Below are positions 37,701-50,047 of a stretch of 64,000 nt of DNA, in pieces. Under the pieces are notes generated by a model. That model ran no database searches. It saw nothing but the letters and a program-made list of their open reading frames with translations, and had not been told where the DNA came from. Each line of letters opens with the position of its first letter. The first letter of the stretch is position 1. The stretch lies in the NCBI GenBank assembly GCA_000004695.1, contig CM000154.2:2080001-2144000 (forward strand). The letters are read 5' to 3'. Position numbers and translations under genes: made by a program. This DNA is from Dictyostelium discoideum (taxonomy: Eukaryota).

Positions 37701-38314
37701 ATTTGGTTTTGGTTCTTCTGGTGATATTAAAATTGGTGGAGTTACTACTTTTTCTTTTTGTTGTTGATCAGGTGATACTGATTTAGGTAATGTCTCTGTA
37801 TTTGATTTTGGTGGTAAAATTGGAGCTTCTTTTTGAATTTCTTTTTCAACCTCTTTTACTTTTTCAATTTCTTTTTTAGTATGTTTTTCACTCTCTTTTT
37901 CCTCCTCTTTCTCTTTTTCCTCATTTTCAATTTTATTTATTTCATCTACTTTTGTTGTTGTTGTTGAAGTGGTTTTTGGAGATAAATCTTCTTTTTCAGT
38001 ATCAGAGGGTGATTTTGTTGTTGAAACTGATGTTGGTTTAGAATCAGCTATGATTGGTATTGGTGGTGATGTTAAATCTACATCAGATGGTGATGATGAT
38101 AAGATTGATTCAGAATTTTTATTATCATTAACTGTTGGTGGTGGTGGTTGTTCAATTTCTTTAACATCATTTGTTTCTTTTGTATCTTTCTTTTTATCTT
38201 TATCTTTTATATCTTTATCCTTTGTTTTATCTTTTTTTGGTTCTTTTGTTGATTTTTCTTTATCATCTTTATTTTTTCTATCAATAAAAATTAAATAAAT
38301 TAATTTAAAACAAT

Positions 38315-38355
<41 letters not shown>

Positions 38356-38427
38356 CTTTGATAAACCTAATTTGTCAAACAAACTTTTTTTCTTTTTTTG
38401 TTTTTTGTCTAAATCTTGTTGCTCCAT
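34788..38427 (-). CDS. Very large Ser/Thr/Pro-rich low-complexity protein, about 1186 aa, 2 exons
   Basis: Exon 1 38427..38357 (MEQQDLDKKQKKKKSLFDKLGLS, donor gtaagt) and exon 2 38277..34788. It has KD/KE-rich and EKEKE charged blocks, long poly-T/S/P stretches, a 27-nt tandem repeat encoding KPAATTVTN (about 35805..35990), and a C-terminal ...DIERLIEQDKDK... The ATG at 37595 in the ORF track is internal. Confidence 0.65.
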
Positions 38428-39307
38428 TTTGGCTATTAAATTGAGGTAACTTTAAATTATCTGTAATGAAAATTAAAAATATAAAAAAAAAAAGATTTTT
38501 TTATTTTTTTTTTTTTTTTTTTTTTTTATTTTATGTTTTGTTTTCTAAGTTGTTTTTTTTTTTTTAAAGTTTTAAATAAATAAATAATAAATAAATAAAA
38601 TAAATGTAAAAGAAAAATAAAAATAATAAAAAAAAAACAAAATTAAAATTAAAATAAAGTGTGGAGGTTTTTAAAAAAAAAAAAAATGAAAAAATAAAAT
38701 AAAAAAATAAAAAAAAATAACAATTAGTGGGTTAACTATGGAATAAACAAAAAATATATATAAATTTTAAAAAATAAAAAAAAAAATAAAAAATAAAAAA
38801 AAGTTAATTTATGTAAAAATTATTATAATGTGTGGTTTAAATGAATGAATTCAAATAAAATTTCTTAATTTGAACTATTTTTTTATAATTTTTTTTTTAA
38901 TTTTTTCAATATTTTTTTTATTTTTTAATTTTTAATTTTTTTTTTTTTATTTGAAATCTGATCAAAAAAATATCTTTTTTTTTTTTTTTTTTTTTTCAGT
39001 TTTTTTTTTTTATGAAATTGTTTTATTAAGGTTTAAAGATTAATGAAGAATATGAGCATTAGTAAAAAAAAAAAAGATAGTTGGAAAATCCAAAAAACCA
39101 GTGTGGCAAAAAAATTTGGTGTTGCCATTACTGTTCGGCAATTGAAAGTTTTGGTGTTTAAGAACTATAATTAGTTTAAATAATGTTTTTGAAAAAAAAA
39201 AAAAAAAAAAAATAAAATATCTTTTTTTTTTTTTTTTATTTTTTTTTATTTTTTTTTTTTTAATTTTAAAAAGATTCGAGTTTAGAAAAATTACAATTTC
39301 GATAAAA

Positions 39308-40353
39308 ATGGGATTAGATGAAAATGAAATAATTAATAATGATTGTAACATTGGAAATGACAATAATAATAATAGTAATATTATATTGAATAGACAATTA
39401 GTTGTAATAGTAACAGGTAGTAGTGATGGTTTAGGTAAAGTTGTTTCTGGAATGCTTGCCAAAACCAATTATTTTGTAATTTTAGCAAATAGAGATTTAA
39501 TTAAAGCTAAATTAGTATTGGATGAAATTTTATCAACAACACCAAATAACAAAAATGTAATTTCAATGAAATTGGATTTATCATCATTTGATTCAATTAA
39601 AGAATTTGTAAATCAATTTGAAAAATTAAATTTACAATTAGATGTTTTAATTAATAATGCTGGAATTTACACACCACCATTTTCATTGCCAGAAGGTTTT
39701 GAAAGTCAATTAATGGTAAATCATCTTGGTCCATTTTTATTAACAAATTTATTAATTAATAAATTTACAGAGTAAATATAAAATATAATAATTTTTCAAT
39801 AATATTTATTATTAATTATTAATTATTAATTATTTTTTTACTTTTTTAAAAAAAATTATATAGGAATGCAAGAATTATAAATTTATCAAGTATTGCACAT
39901 AAAAATTCAGAAATATTCAATGTTGAAGATTTATCATGTAAATCAATTGATAGTTATAATGCAATAAAGAGATATTCAAATTCAAAATTATATGCAATTT
40001 TATTTACAAAAGAGTTGAATAGAATTTTCAAGAAAAACAATTCAAAAATCATTGCATTATCATTACATCCAGGTGTTATTAGTACGACAAATTTATTTAA
40101 AAATATACCAAATTATATAAAACTATTATTAACTATATCAAAACCATTCACAACGACAATTAATACAGCTTCAACTGCAATCTATCGTTTAGCAGTTGGT
40201 GCTGATCCAGAATTACCATTATTAACTGGTGGTGAATATTTTAATATTAATGTACTTGTTGATCCAATACCTCAAGCTTTATCACAAGAGAATTGGAGAT
40301 TATTATGGGCAAAAAGTTGTGAATATTGTAAAATTGATGACATTGGAAAATAA
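39308..40353 (+). CDS. Short-chain dehydrogenase/reductase of the retinol-dehydrogenase (RDH11/12/WWOX) type, about 317 aa, 2 exons
   Basis: Exons 39308..39771 (donor gtaaat) and 39864..40353. TGSSDGLGK (Rossmann TGxxxGxG), NNAG, and the catalytic YSNSK (YxxxK) after INLSSIAH. The junction ...KFTE|NARIINLSS is conserved in RDH-type SDRs. Confidence 0.8.
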
Positions 40354-40576
40354 AAATTTTAAAATCTGATATTTAATTTTTATTTTATTTTATTTATACA
40401 TAAAAATAAAAATAAAAATAAAATAAAAATAAAAATAAAAAAAAGAATTATTAATTCTTTAAATTGATTAAATTAAATAGTTTTTTTTATTTTTATAAAT
40501 AATAAAAGATTTGAAAAGTAAAAATTTTTAAATAGAAATTATATAAGATTTTGAAAGAGAGAGTAAAAATTTAAAA

Positions 40577-42433
40577 CTATTGAGGTGCTTCAAAGAGAGC
40601 ATTTTCACCACCATTATTTGATTGTTGATACAATGGATTTGCATTACTACTTGCAAATACTTGTCCTTGATTCGCTTTCCAATGATCATATCCTTTTTTA
40701 CCAGCAAACTAAAAAAAAAAAAAAAATTAGTTAATTATTATTAAAAATTTTGGAATAAAAATTAAAAAAAAAAAATATTTACAATTGCAGCACCTAAAAC
40801 AACAGCACCTACTACAACAACAGAAGCAACAACAGCAGTTGAAACTATTGCACCAGTTTGGCAAATAAATGGTTTAGGATCATAATCTACAGATTTACAT
40901 TTACCAGGTTCAGTTGCAGTTGCATTAACACAAACACCACTTTGACACTTTGAATTATCAGGTGAGCAACGTTTTTCAAAAGTTATACAACCAATAGCTT
41001 CATCACATTGGGAAACTAAACAGAAAGCAGTTGAATTACAAACACGTGGTACAAGTGTACAACCTTTAACACTATCACAAACACCAACTTGACAATTACC
41101 ACTATTTGGACATACCACTGGTTTTGAAACACAACCTTTATTAGTATCACAAGTATATACTAAACATTTATCAGTGGTTGGACATGAAACTGTCTTATTT
41201 GAACATTCACCTTGATTTATATTTGTAGCTGCAGCAACACAAATATTATCAGTACATTCATTACCATCTTGACATTCATTATTTGTTGGTGAACATGAGC
41301 CAGTGGTTGTATTGCATTTCATACAACCTGTACATTTTGTAGTTATATTATGGGTTATTAAACCAGTGGTTTCATCACAATGGTCATCGGTACATGGATT
41401 ACCATCATCAATTTCATCTAATGGAAGTGGTGAACATACTGATGTACCATTTGAAGCGGTAACACAATTATTCTTTTGACATTTATTTAATACACAACCA
41501 CATGAACAAACTGATGGATCTAATTTCTTTATTGTACATACACCAGCATTACAAACATTTTGTTCACATGAATCTGGACCTTGTTTACATAATGGTTGAG
41601 AAACACAGCCACTATTAATATCACAATAATAGACTTTGCATGGATCATTACCCAATTCAGCTGCACAAGTACTATTTGATTTGGTTTGACATTGGCCATT
41701 TGAACAAGCACCTGTATTACATGGATTATGAGCTGAAGTACATGATGAAGTATACAAACATCCACTTGATGGGTCACATGGTTTTAATGTTAAACATTGA
41801 GATGATTTATCATCACATTTAATTGATGTTGGTGTACATTGACCACTTTTAGAATCACATGTATTATTTGTACACATATCAATTGATGGACATGATACTG
41901 GTGCATGTTGACAAAGATCTGAAATTGAAAACCCTGCTGGAATAATTGTATCACGTGGTGGGCATGAATCAATTGTACATAAATCACCATCATTACAATT
42001 TACTACTGGATCACAACAAGTTGAACCATCACCATAACAAACACCACAATAATCATAAAACTATATTTTAAAAATTAAAAAAATTAAAATTTAAAATTAA
42101 AATTATTGTTATTATTTTAAAATATTATATACATATAATCAATTTTTTTTACTTACTGGACAATATGCTTGAATTGAAGTTTCAATTCTAATTGTTGATT
42201 TGGTTGTATGTCTTTCACAATAAAAGAAATCAAATGTATAATCTTTATTTTTTGTTAAACCCAATGTTGTTAAATCAATATTCTTACCTGCAGCTTCATG
42301 AAGACCACCCAAATCAATAACTAATTGATCATTGATAAATACCCATACATCATCATCACCAACAAAATAAAATACTTCATTACCAGTATATGTAAAACGT
42401 GTATTTATCTAAAAATTTTAATTATATTAGATT

Positions 42434-42471
<38 letters not shown>

Positions 42472-42979
42472 GAAATCAATAATTACTTTTAAACAAAAAT
42501 GGAAATTATGATAATCAGTTCCATCTGTATAATTACGATAAAATGGATTTGTATCAAAACCTTGATAATCAACTAAAATTATTATTTATTTTAAAATAGA
42601 AAAATAAAATAAAATAAAAATTAATAATTAATTTAATTATATAATAAAATTTTTTAAAAAGTTTTAAATTTACTTACTTGGGAAAAAGAATTGATTATCA
42701 TAAACATAAGTACCAGTTGATGGATTCAAAGTTAAATTTACAGTCATTGGGATTGGGAAATTTGCACCAGAATTATTTGTTAATGGAGCATTTTTATTTG
42801 GTTGATAGAAATATTGGAATAAACTTGGAGTTACCATTCTTCCCATTACATTTGTTGTTGTAAATGGCAATAATGTATTTAATGTTGGAGTTCTTGTAGT
42901 TGTATTGATTGCATTTTGGACAAGTCTAGTTGTTAATGAACCTGCAATTGGTTCAAAATTATTATCATAATCTATATTT

Positions 42980-43021
<42 letters not shown>

Positions 43022-43203
43022 TTATAATTAATTTATTTTTTTAATAATTGTAAATTTAAAAAATATAAAAATATTATTTACTTACATGGATATTGATCAT
43101 ATATAGTTCCCTCTAATTTTAAAGTTGTGGCTTGTGTTGTTGATTGGGAATTTATAAAATTAACCAAACTAAATAATATTAGTAAATTGAATATTATTTT
43201 CAT
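40577..43203 (-). CDS. PA14-domain, cysteine-rich type I membrane protein (Psi-family-like) with an NPxY cytoplasmic tail, about 719 aa, 6 exons
   Basis: Exons on the minus strand: 43203..43086 (signal peptide [19 protein letters not shown]), 42971..42678, 42572..42487, 42408..42157 (PA14 core: [25 protein letters not shown]), 42060..40783 (many Cys-rich repeats plus [25 protein letters not shown]), and 40708..40577 (tail [29 protein letters not shown]...). All donors are gtaagt or gtaaat and the total length is in frame. Confidence 0.75.
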
Positions 43204-44170
43204 TTTTTTATTTTTTAAAAAATAATAAAAATTTTAATAAATTTAGGATTTTATTATAACCCAAATCCAATATATGTAATATATTATAAATAAATTTAAA
43301 AATTATAAAGGATTTTTTTTTTTTTTTTTGGTTTTTTTTTTTTTTTTTTTTTAGAAAATAATTTTTTAATTATTAATAAAATTTTTTAATTGATTTTATT
43401 TTAAAATGATCAATTTATTTTTAATTTATTGGAGGAAAAAAAATAAAAGAAAAAATAAAAAAATAAAAAAATAATCAAATTAAAAAAAAAAAAAAAAAAA
43501 AAGAAAAGGAAAAAAAAAAAAAAAAAGGAAAAAAAATAATAAAAAAAATAAAAAAATCTGAACTGTGTAAATAAATTTATTTTTGATGTTATTAACAAAC
43601 TTATTATGATAAAAAAAACAAATCAAAAATTGACCATATGTATTAAATTTTTTGTACAATACTATTATTTATATTGGTATCAAAATTTCTTTAACTCTGA
43701 AATTCTACATGTTTTTTTGTGTTACCCCAATATATATAAATAAATAAAAAAAAAAAATAAAAAAAAAACTTACTAAAAATTTACCTTTATAACATCAATG
43801 GAATCATTAATTGTGTTCTGAAAATCCAACATATCAAAAGTTAATTTAACCCCATCCAATTTATTATTTAATAAAAAAAAGGAAAAAAAAAAAAAAATGA
43901 AAATATTTTTTTTTTTTTTTTTATCAAAACTCCATAGAGTTAAAAATAGAATTTGTGGTTAAAAAAAAGACTTAATGTTTGAAATTTTTTTTTTTTTTTT
44001 ATTATTTTTTTTATTAAAAAACAAATTGTATTTTAATCATCGAGATTTACAAAACGATAAATATCTCAGATTCAAAATTAGTGATAATAAAAAAAAAAAA
44101 AAAAAAATAATAAAATTGGTAAATGATTTTAATTTTTATGTGTTATGTTTAATTAAATTAATTTAAATAA

Positions 44171-44203
<33 letters not shown>

Positions 44204-44371
44204 CTAAAAAAGACATGTTAAAATTTACTTCAAAGAACTTAATATAATTTTTAAATCTATTCTTTTAGATTTTTTTTTTTTTTTGAATTTTTTTTTTTTT
44301 TTTTTAATATATAAAAATAAAATTAAAAATAAATTCCCACTAAATCTCAAATGAAAATAAGATTTTATTAC

Positions 44372-44405
<34 letters not shown>

Positions 44406-44477
44406 CTTATTTATATATTTATTTACGATTGTTTATAATATTTATTTTTTTCAATAATAAATTAATAAATTATTAAA

Positions 44478-45149
44478 TTATTGAACATTAATTGTTGTTG
44501 ATTTAACATAACTATTTTTTGGAATACTAATTTCTAAAATACCATTATTCATAATAGCTTTAATTAAAGAAACATCAATATCTTCAGGTAATTTAATTGA
44601 TTTTTTAAATTCCATTAATGATTGATGTTGTGATTCTACTTGTTGATTATTTGATGATGGTTGTTGAATGGTTGTATTTTTATTTAAAGCATCAATATTT
44701 AATAAACCATTTGAAAAATCAATTTTAACATTTTCTTTTGAAAAACCTGGTAATTCTACTCTAATTTCAATTCCTTTATCAGATTCATTAATAAAGGTTT
44801 TTGGTGATCTAAATCCGCGAGTTTTTGAAAATTCATGTTCCCAATTATCAAAAATACTCTCAAATTTATCCATATATTGTTGACCACCATGACTATAATA
44901 GAAATGTCTAAAACATTCATTAAACTTATCGATTTTCTTTGAGAAACGATCTTCAAATTTAACTTGGAAAAAATATGGTTTGTTTGAATAATCATTAGTT
45001 TCACAAATACCTGATGATTGGGATGTTGATAATGTTGATGCTGTTGGTCTACCAAAATTACTTAAATTTGATTCTGGATAACCTCCTCTTCTACCACAGA
45101 GAAAAGCACGACGAAAGAAAAATGGTGTAGTTTTTGAAAGTTTATACAT
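44478..45149 (-). CDS. Small heat-shock protein of the HSP20/alpha-crystallin family, about 223 aa
   Basis: C-terminal alpha-crystallin domain (IEIRVELPGFSKENVKIDFSNGLLNI...IKLPEDIDVSLIKAIMNNGILEISIPK). The true start is MYKLSKTTPFFF at 45149. The upstream part of the listed ORF is poly-K and poly-A junk. Confidence 0.8.
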   Translation of the reverse strand: MYKLSKTTPFFFRRAFLCGRRGGYPESNLSNFGRPTASTLSTSQSSGICETNDYSNKPYFFQVKFEDRFSKKIDKFNECFRHFYYSHGGQQYMDKFESIFDNWEHEFSKTRGFRSPKTFINESDKGIEIRVELPGFSKENVKIDFSNGLLNIDALNKNTTIQQPSSNNQQVESQHQSLMEFKKSIKLPEDIDVSLIKAIMNNGILEISIPKNSYVKSTTINVQ

Positions 45150-45264
45150 TTTTTTGTTTTGTTTTTTTTTTAAAAAAAAAAATATTGAAAAATAATTATT
45201 ATTATTATTATTTGAATGATGGAAATAAAATATGAATATAAAAAATAAAAAAAAATATTTATAT

Positions 45265-45303
<39 letters not shown>

Positions 45304-45602
45304 TAAAAATAAAAAAAAAACATATAAATGTAATTATTATGTTTAATTTTTCATTTAATTGATGATATTATTATTACATATTAATATAATATTTTAAAAT
45401 AATATGAAAATACAATAAAAAAATAAAATTAAAAATTCATAAAAATAAAAATTCAAAAAAAAAAAACAACAAATTTTGATGTGTTTATTTTAACACCCAA
45501 ATTTGTAAATTTTAAATACTGCGACATTTATTTTCTTTTTTTTGTATAGGGTCTCAAAAACTATTTTTAGATATTATATCAATACAAAATAATTATGTAT
45601 AT

Positions 45603-45635
<33 letters not shown>

Positions 45636-46333
45636 CGCCAATCTCTGATTTTTTTTTATAATTTTTATATTTTATATTCCCAAAAGTATAAAAAAAAGTA
45701 ATCCCCAAACCTCCCAAATTAACCACCTTACTTTTTTTTTCAAAAAAAAAAAAAAAAAATTATTTTTTAATTACCCAAATTTTGATTATAGTTTTCTAAA
45801 ATTGGAGAATTACACTAAATCTTCAAGAAAGGAAGAAAATTACAGTTGTGATGCTAAATAATCTGTTGTTACTGTTATTGTTGCTATTGCTGTTGTTGGT
45901 GTTCTTATTCTTAATGAAAGCATTGTTAATTATTAAATATGTTGATTGTGAAATGTGAAAACAGTTGATAGTGAAATGTGAAAATTGTTAAATTGATGAT
46001 GTTGGTGAATATATGAATTGAAAGTAATAAATCCTTTTGATAAATACAAAAGTTCTTGTATTTTTGATTGTTGTTCTCTCTCTTTCTCTTGTTTCTTCGT
46101 AAAAAATTTGTTTTGTTTGCCTCTTGATCCATCTTTGGCAAAATATTAAATTGATTAATTGTACTACCAGAAGAAAAGAATAAAAAAAAAAAAAAATAAA
46201 AAAAAATATTAATAAAACAAATATTTCTAGTCTCTTTTATATAGAAACCAAAAGTATATCAAAAACTTATTGACAATCTGGAATATTAGTCAAGGAATTA
46301 ATTACTTCATCAATACAAACCGATTTTACATGA

Positions 46334-46522
46334 ACATTATGGAAATCAAAAAATCAAAAAATAAAATTATGGTTGTTTTGCGATGTTTCTTTTGAAAATC
46401 AAAAAAAAAGAAAAAACTTTGTGGATGTAATTGGTCAATATGCCAAGGAAAATGGTCTTCTAAGAAAAAGTCTCGTGGAAAAAGAAAAGCCATCAAGCCA
46501 CATCCCTTATGAAAATTTTTTT
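46334..46522 (+). other. Short open stretch with coding-like composition (...FVDVIGQYAKENGLLRKSLVEKEKPSSHIPYENFF); possible exon or small ORF, with no in-frame ATG
   Basis: Locally raised GC and non-repetitive codons inside a 2-kb AT-rich intergenic region. The ORF track begins it at TTG. The gene model is unresolved. Confidence 0.2.
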
Positions 46523-47042
46523 TTAATGATTTCAATAAAAAAAAAAAAAAAATCAATAAAAATACATTTAAATAAAATATTTAATCTTTTTTAATTAACT
46601 CTAGAAATTGCATACCTTTATTTAATTTGTTTTATTCATTTATATTTTTATTTTTACTTTTATAATTATTTACTTAAAGTAGTTAATTTTATATTTTTTA
46701 AAAAAATGAATTCCTTTAAATGGATTTAATTAAATATTTTTGTCAAAATCATAATTTATCCATAAAAGGAATATTTAAAAATGTTGGGTTTTTATCAAAA
46801 AATCCCACCAGGGGATATGAAAATATGAAAAAAAAAAAAAAAATAGGCAAATAAATAAATAAATAAATAAAAAAAAAAAAAAAAAAAATTCGTAATAATA
46901 TTTTTATTTTTATAAATCTTAATTAATATAGTTTTGATTTGATTAATTAATTAATTAATTAAAATAAATAAAAAAAAAAAAATAAAAACATTAAACTTTT
47001 TTGCGAATAAAATCATAACTATGAACACCGTTAAAATTTGGG

Positions 47043-47074
<32 letters not shown>

Positions 47075-47209
47075 ATTCCTTTTTTTTTTTTTTATTTTTT
47101 TTTTTTTTTTTTAAAAAATTTTGATTTTTTTCATTTTTCTACTATTATTTTTTTTTTTTTTTTTTTTTAAACATACAATAATATATATCATTTTACAAAA
47201 AAAAGAAAA

Positions 47210-49497
47210 ATGATGAATTTAGGTAATCGTGTTAAATCGGTTATTAAATTAACTTCAACAACAGGTTTAACAGGCAAAGATTTTCAAGCAACCAAAGTTG
47301 CAACATTTTCAACAGCACAAGTTCAACAAGCACAAGAAAATGTTAGATCATATGGTGGTTTGAAGGATAAAGATCGTATTTTCACAAATTTATATGGTGA
47401 ACATGACGTTTATTTAAAGGGTGCTATTGCACGTGGAGATTGGTATAAAACTAAAAATATTATTGATAAAGGTAAAGATTGGATATTAAAAGAAATGATG
47501 GCCTCTGGTTTAAGAGGTAGAGGTGGTGCTGGTTTCCCATCAGGTTTGAAATGGAGTTTCATGCCAAAAACAACTTCAAAAGATAGACCACAATACCTTG
47601 TCATCAATGCTGATGAGGGTGAACCTGGAACATGCAAAGATAGAGAAATTATGAGACACGATCCTCATAAATTAATTGAAGGTTGTTTACTTGCTGGTTT
47701 TGCAATGAGAGCATGTGCAGGTATGTTTTTTTTTTAAAAAAAATTAAAAAAATAGATATTTTATAGAAAAAAAAAAAATATATATATATATATATATATT
47801 TTACCAAATAAAGAAAAAAAAAATCTATTTTTCATTTTTACCAAAAAAAAGTAAAGATAACTAATACCTATTTCATTTTAAAATAAAAATAAAATAAAAT
47901 AAAATTAAAATTATAATTACTATTATTATTATTATTTTATTAAAATATAAAAAAAATAATATATATGTATATATGTTATTATTATTTTTTAAAAAAAAAA
48001 AAAAAAAAATATAGCATACATTTATATTCGTGGTGAATTTCATTATGAAGCAAAAGTATTAGAACAAGCAATCGATGAAGCATATAAAGCAGGTTTAATT
48101 GGTGAAAATGCATGCGGTACAGGCTATAAATTTGATGTATATGTTCACAGAGGTGCTGGTGCATACATTTGTGGTGAAGAGACAGCTCTCATTGAAAGTA
48201 TTGAAGGTAAACAAGGTAAACCACGTTTAAAGCCACCTTTCCCAGCTATGGCTGGTCTTTATGGTTGTCCAACAACTGTAACAAATGTTGAAACAGTAGC
48301 TGTTGCTCCAACTATTTTAAGACGGTAAGATTTATCTACATAGATTCATACTATATACAGATAATGAATATATATATATATATATATATATTTAATGAGT
48401 CACAATACCTCTACAATCAAAAAAGCAATGAAAAACAAATCAACAATATAACAATGGTGTCACATAACTTCAATCTATTTTATCACTTGTCATTCATTAT
48501 AACATACAATCATCATGATATTATTACATTATCAAAAAACAAAATAATATGCAAAAAAAAAAAAAAAAGATACTAATAATATTACTTTTTTTTAAAAAAT
48601 ATGTAGTGGCGGTGCTTGGTTTGCAAGTTTTGGTAGACCAAAGAATGCAGGTACTAAATTATTTTGTATTTCCGGTCATGTCAATAATCCATGTACTGTT
48701 GAAGAAGAGATGAGTATTCCATTAAGAGAATTAATTGATAAACATTGTGGTGGTGTCATTGGAGGTTGGGATAACGTTAGTATTATTATTATTATTATTA
48801 TAATTTTTTTTTATTATTTACTAATAATTGTTTTTTTTTTATTTTGAAAAAAATAGTTAAAAGGTGTTATTCCAGGTGGTTCATCAGTACCAGTCCTTCC
48901 AAAAAATATTTGTGATAATGTTTTGTAAGTTGACAAAGAAAATCATGATGATAATGGTGATGATGACGATGATTTTATTAATATTAAAATAATAAATACT
49001 AATTATATAAAATTTATTTAAATAGAATGGATTTCGATGATCTTAGACAACACAGATCTGGTTTAGGTACAGCTGCAGTTATAGTTATGAACAAAGAAAC
49101 TGATATGATTGCAGCAATTGCAAGATTATCTAAATTCTATAAACACGAATCATGTGGTCAATGTACCCCATGTCGTGAAGGTGTTGGATGTATGTATCGA
49201 ATTGCTTTTTTCAATTGTTATCTGTAATGTGGCCTATACTAATTTATCTTTAATTATTTTTTTTTCCAATATAATTTAGGGCTCTATGATATCACCGATC
49301 GTTTAGTCACTGGTAATGCCAAACCCGATGAAATTGATTCACTTGAAGAAATTAGTAGACAAATTGAAGGTCACACCATTTGTGCTTTAGGTGATGCTGC
49401 TGCTTGGCCAGTACAAGGTTTAATTAGACATTTTAGACCAGAAATTGAAGATAGAATTAAACAATTCCAACTCAATAAGAAACAATCACCATTTTAA
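47210..49497 (+). CDS. ndufv1: NADH dehydrogenase (ubiquinone) flavoprotein 1, 51 kDa subunit of complex I, about 479 aa, 6 exons
   Basis: Exons 47210..47720, 48015..48324, 48607..48775, 48857..48924, 49026..49189, 49280..49497. Donors are gtatgt, gtaaga, gttagt, gtaagt, gtatgt. Near-identical blocks to human NDUFV1: [111 protein letters not shown]. Confidence 0.9.
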
Positions 49498-49653
49498 ATT
49501 GTTTATTAATATTATTTATAATAGTATTATTAAAATAATAATAATAATAATAACAACCAAAAACGAAATAAGAAATTAATTAATATTAATTTTTCCCCAC
49601 TGCATCATAAACCTCATAATATATAATAAAAAAAAAAAAAAAAATTAATAAAA

Positions 49654-49693
<40 letters not shown>

Positions 49694-50047
49694 TTCCCAA
49701 CACTAATATAGGTTGGTTAGTTGCAGTAATCGCAAAATTATCTATCAATTTATTTTAATATTTTAATATTTTAATATTTTATTTTATTTTTTTTATTTTA
49801 TTTTTTTTTATTTTTTTTTTCTTTTTTTGAAAATTTTCATTTTTTTTTTTTAGTTTTTTTTTTTTTTTCTTCTTCTTCCAACAGTCAATATCAAATAATT
49901 ATTAATGTAACCATAATAATAATAATAAAAAAACAACACACAAACTATCAAATAAATACTTAAAGAGATAAAAAAAAAAATAATAAAAAAAAAATAATAA
50001 AAAAAATAAAAAAAAAAACATTTTTTGGAATAGTATTTATATATTAG

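Noticed and set aside
41529-41993. ORFs 41529..41777, 41640..41822 and 41790..41993 (H/V/Q-rich)
   Set aside because: These are off-frame or antisense readings of the Cys-codon-rich (TGT/TGC...ACA) exon 5 of the PA14/Psi-like gene.
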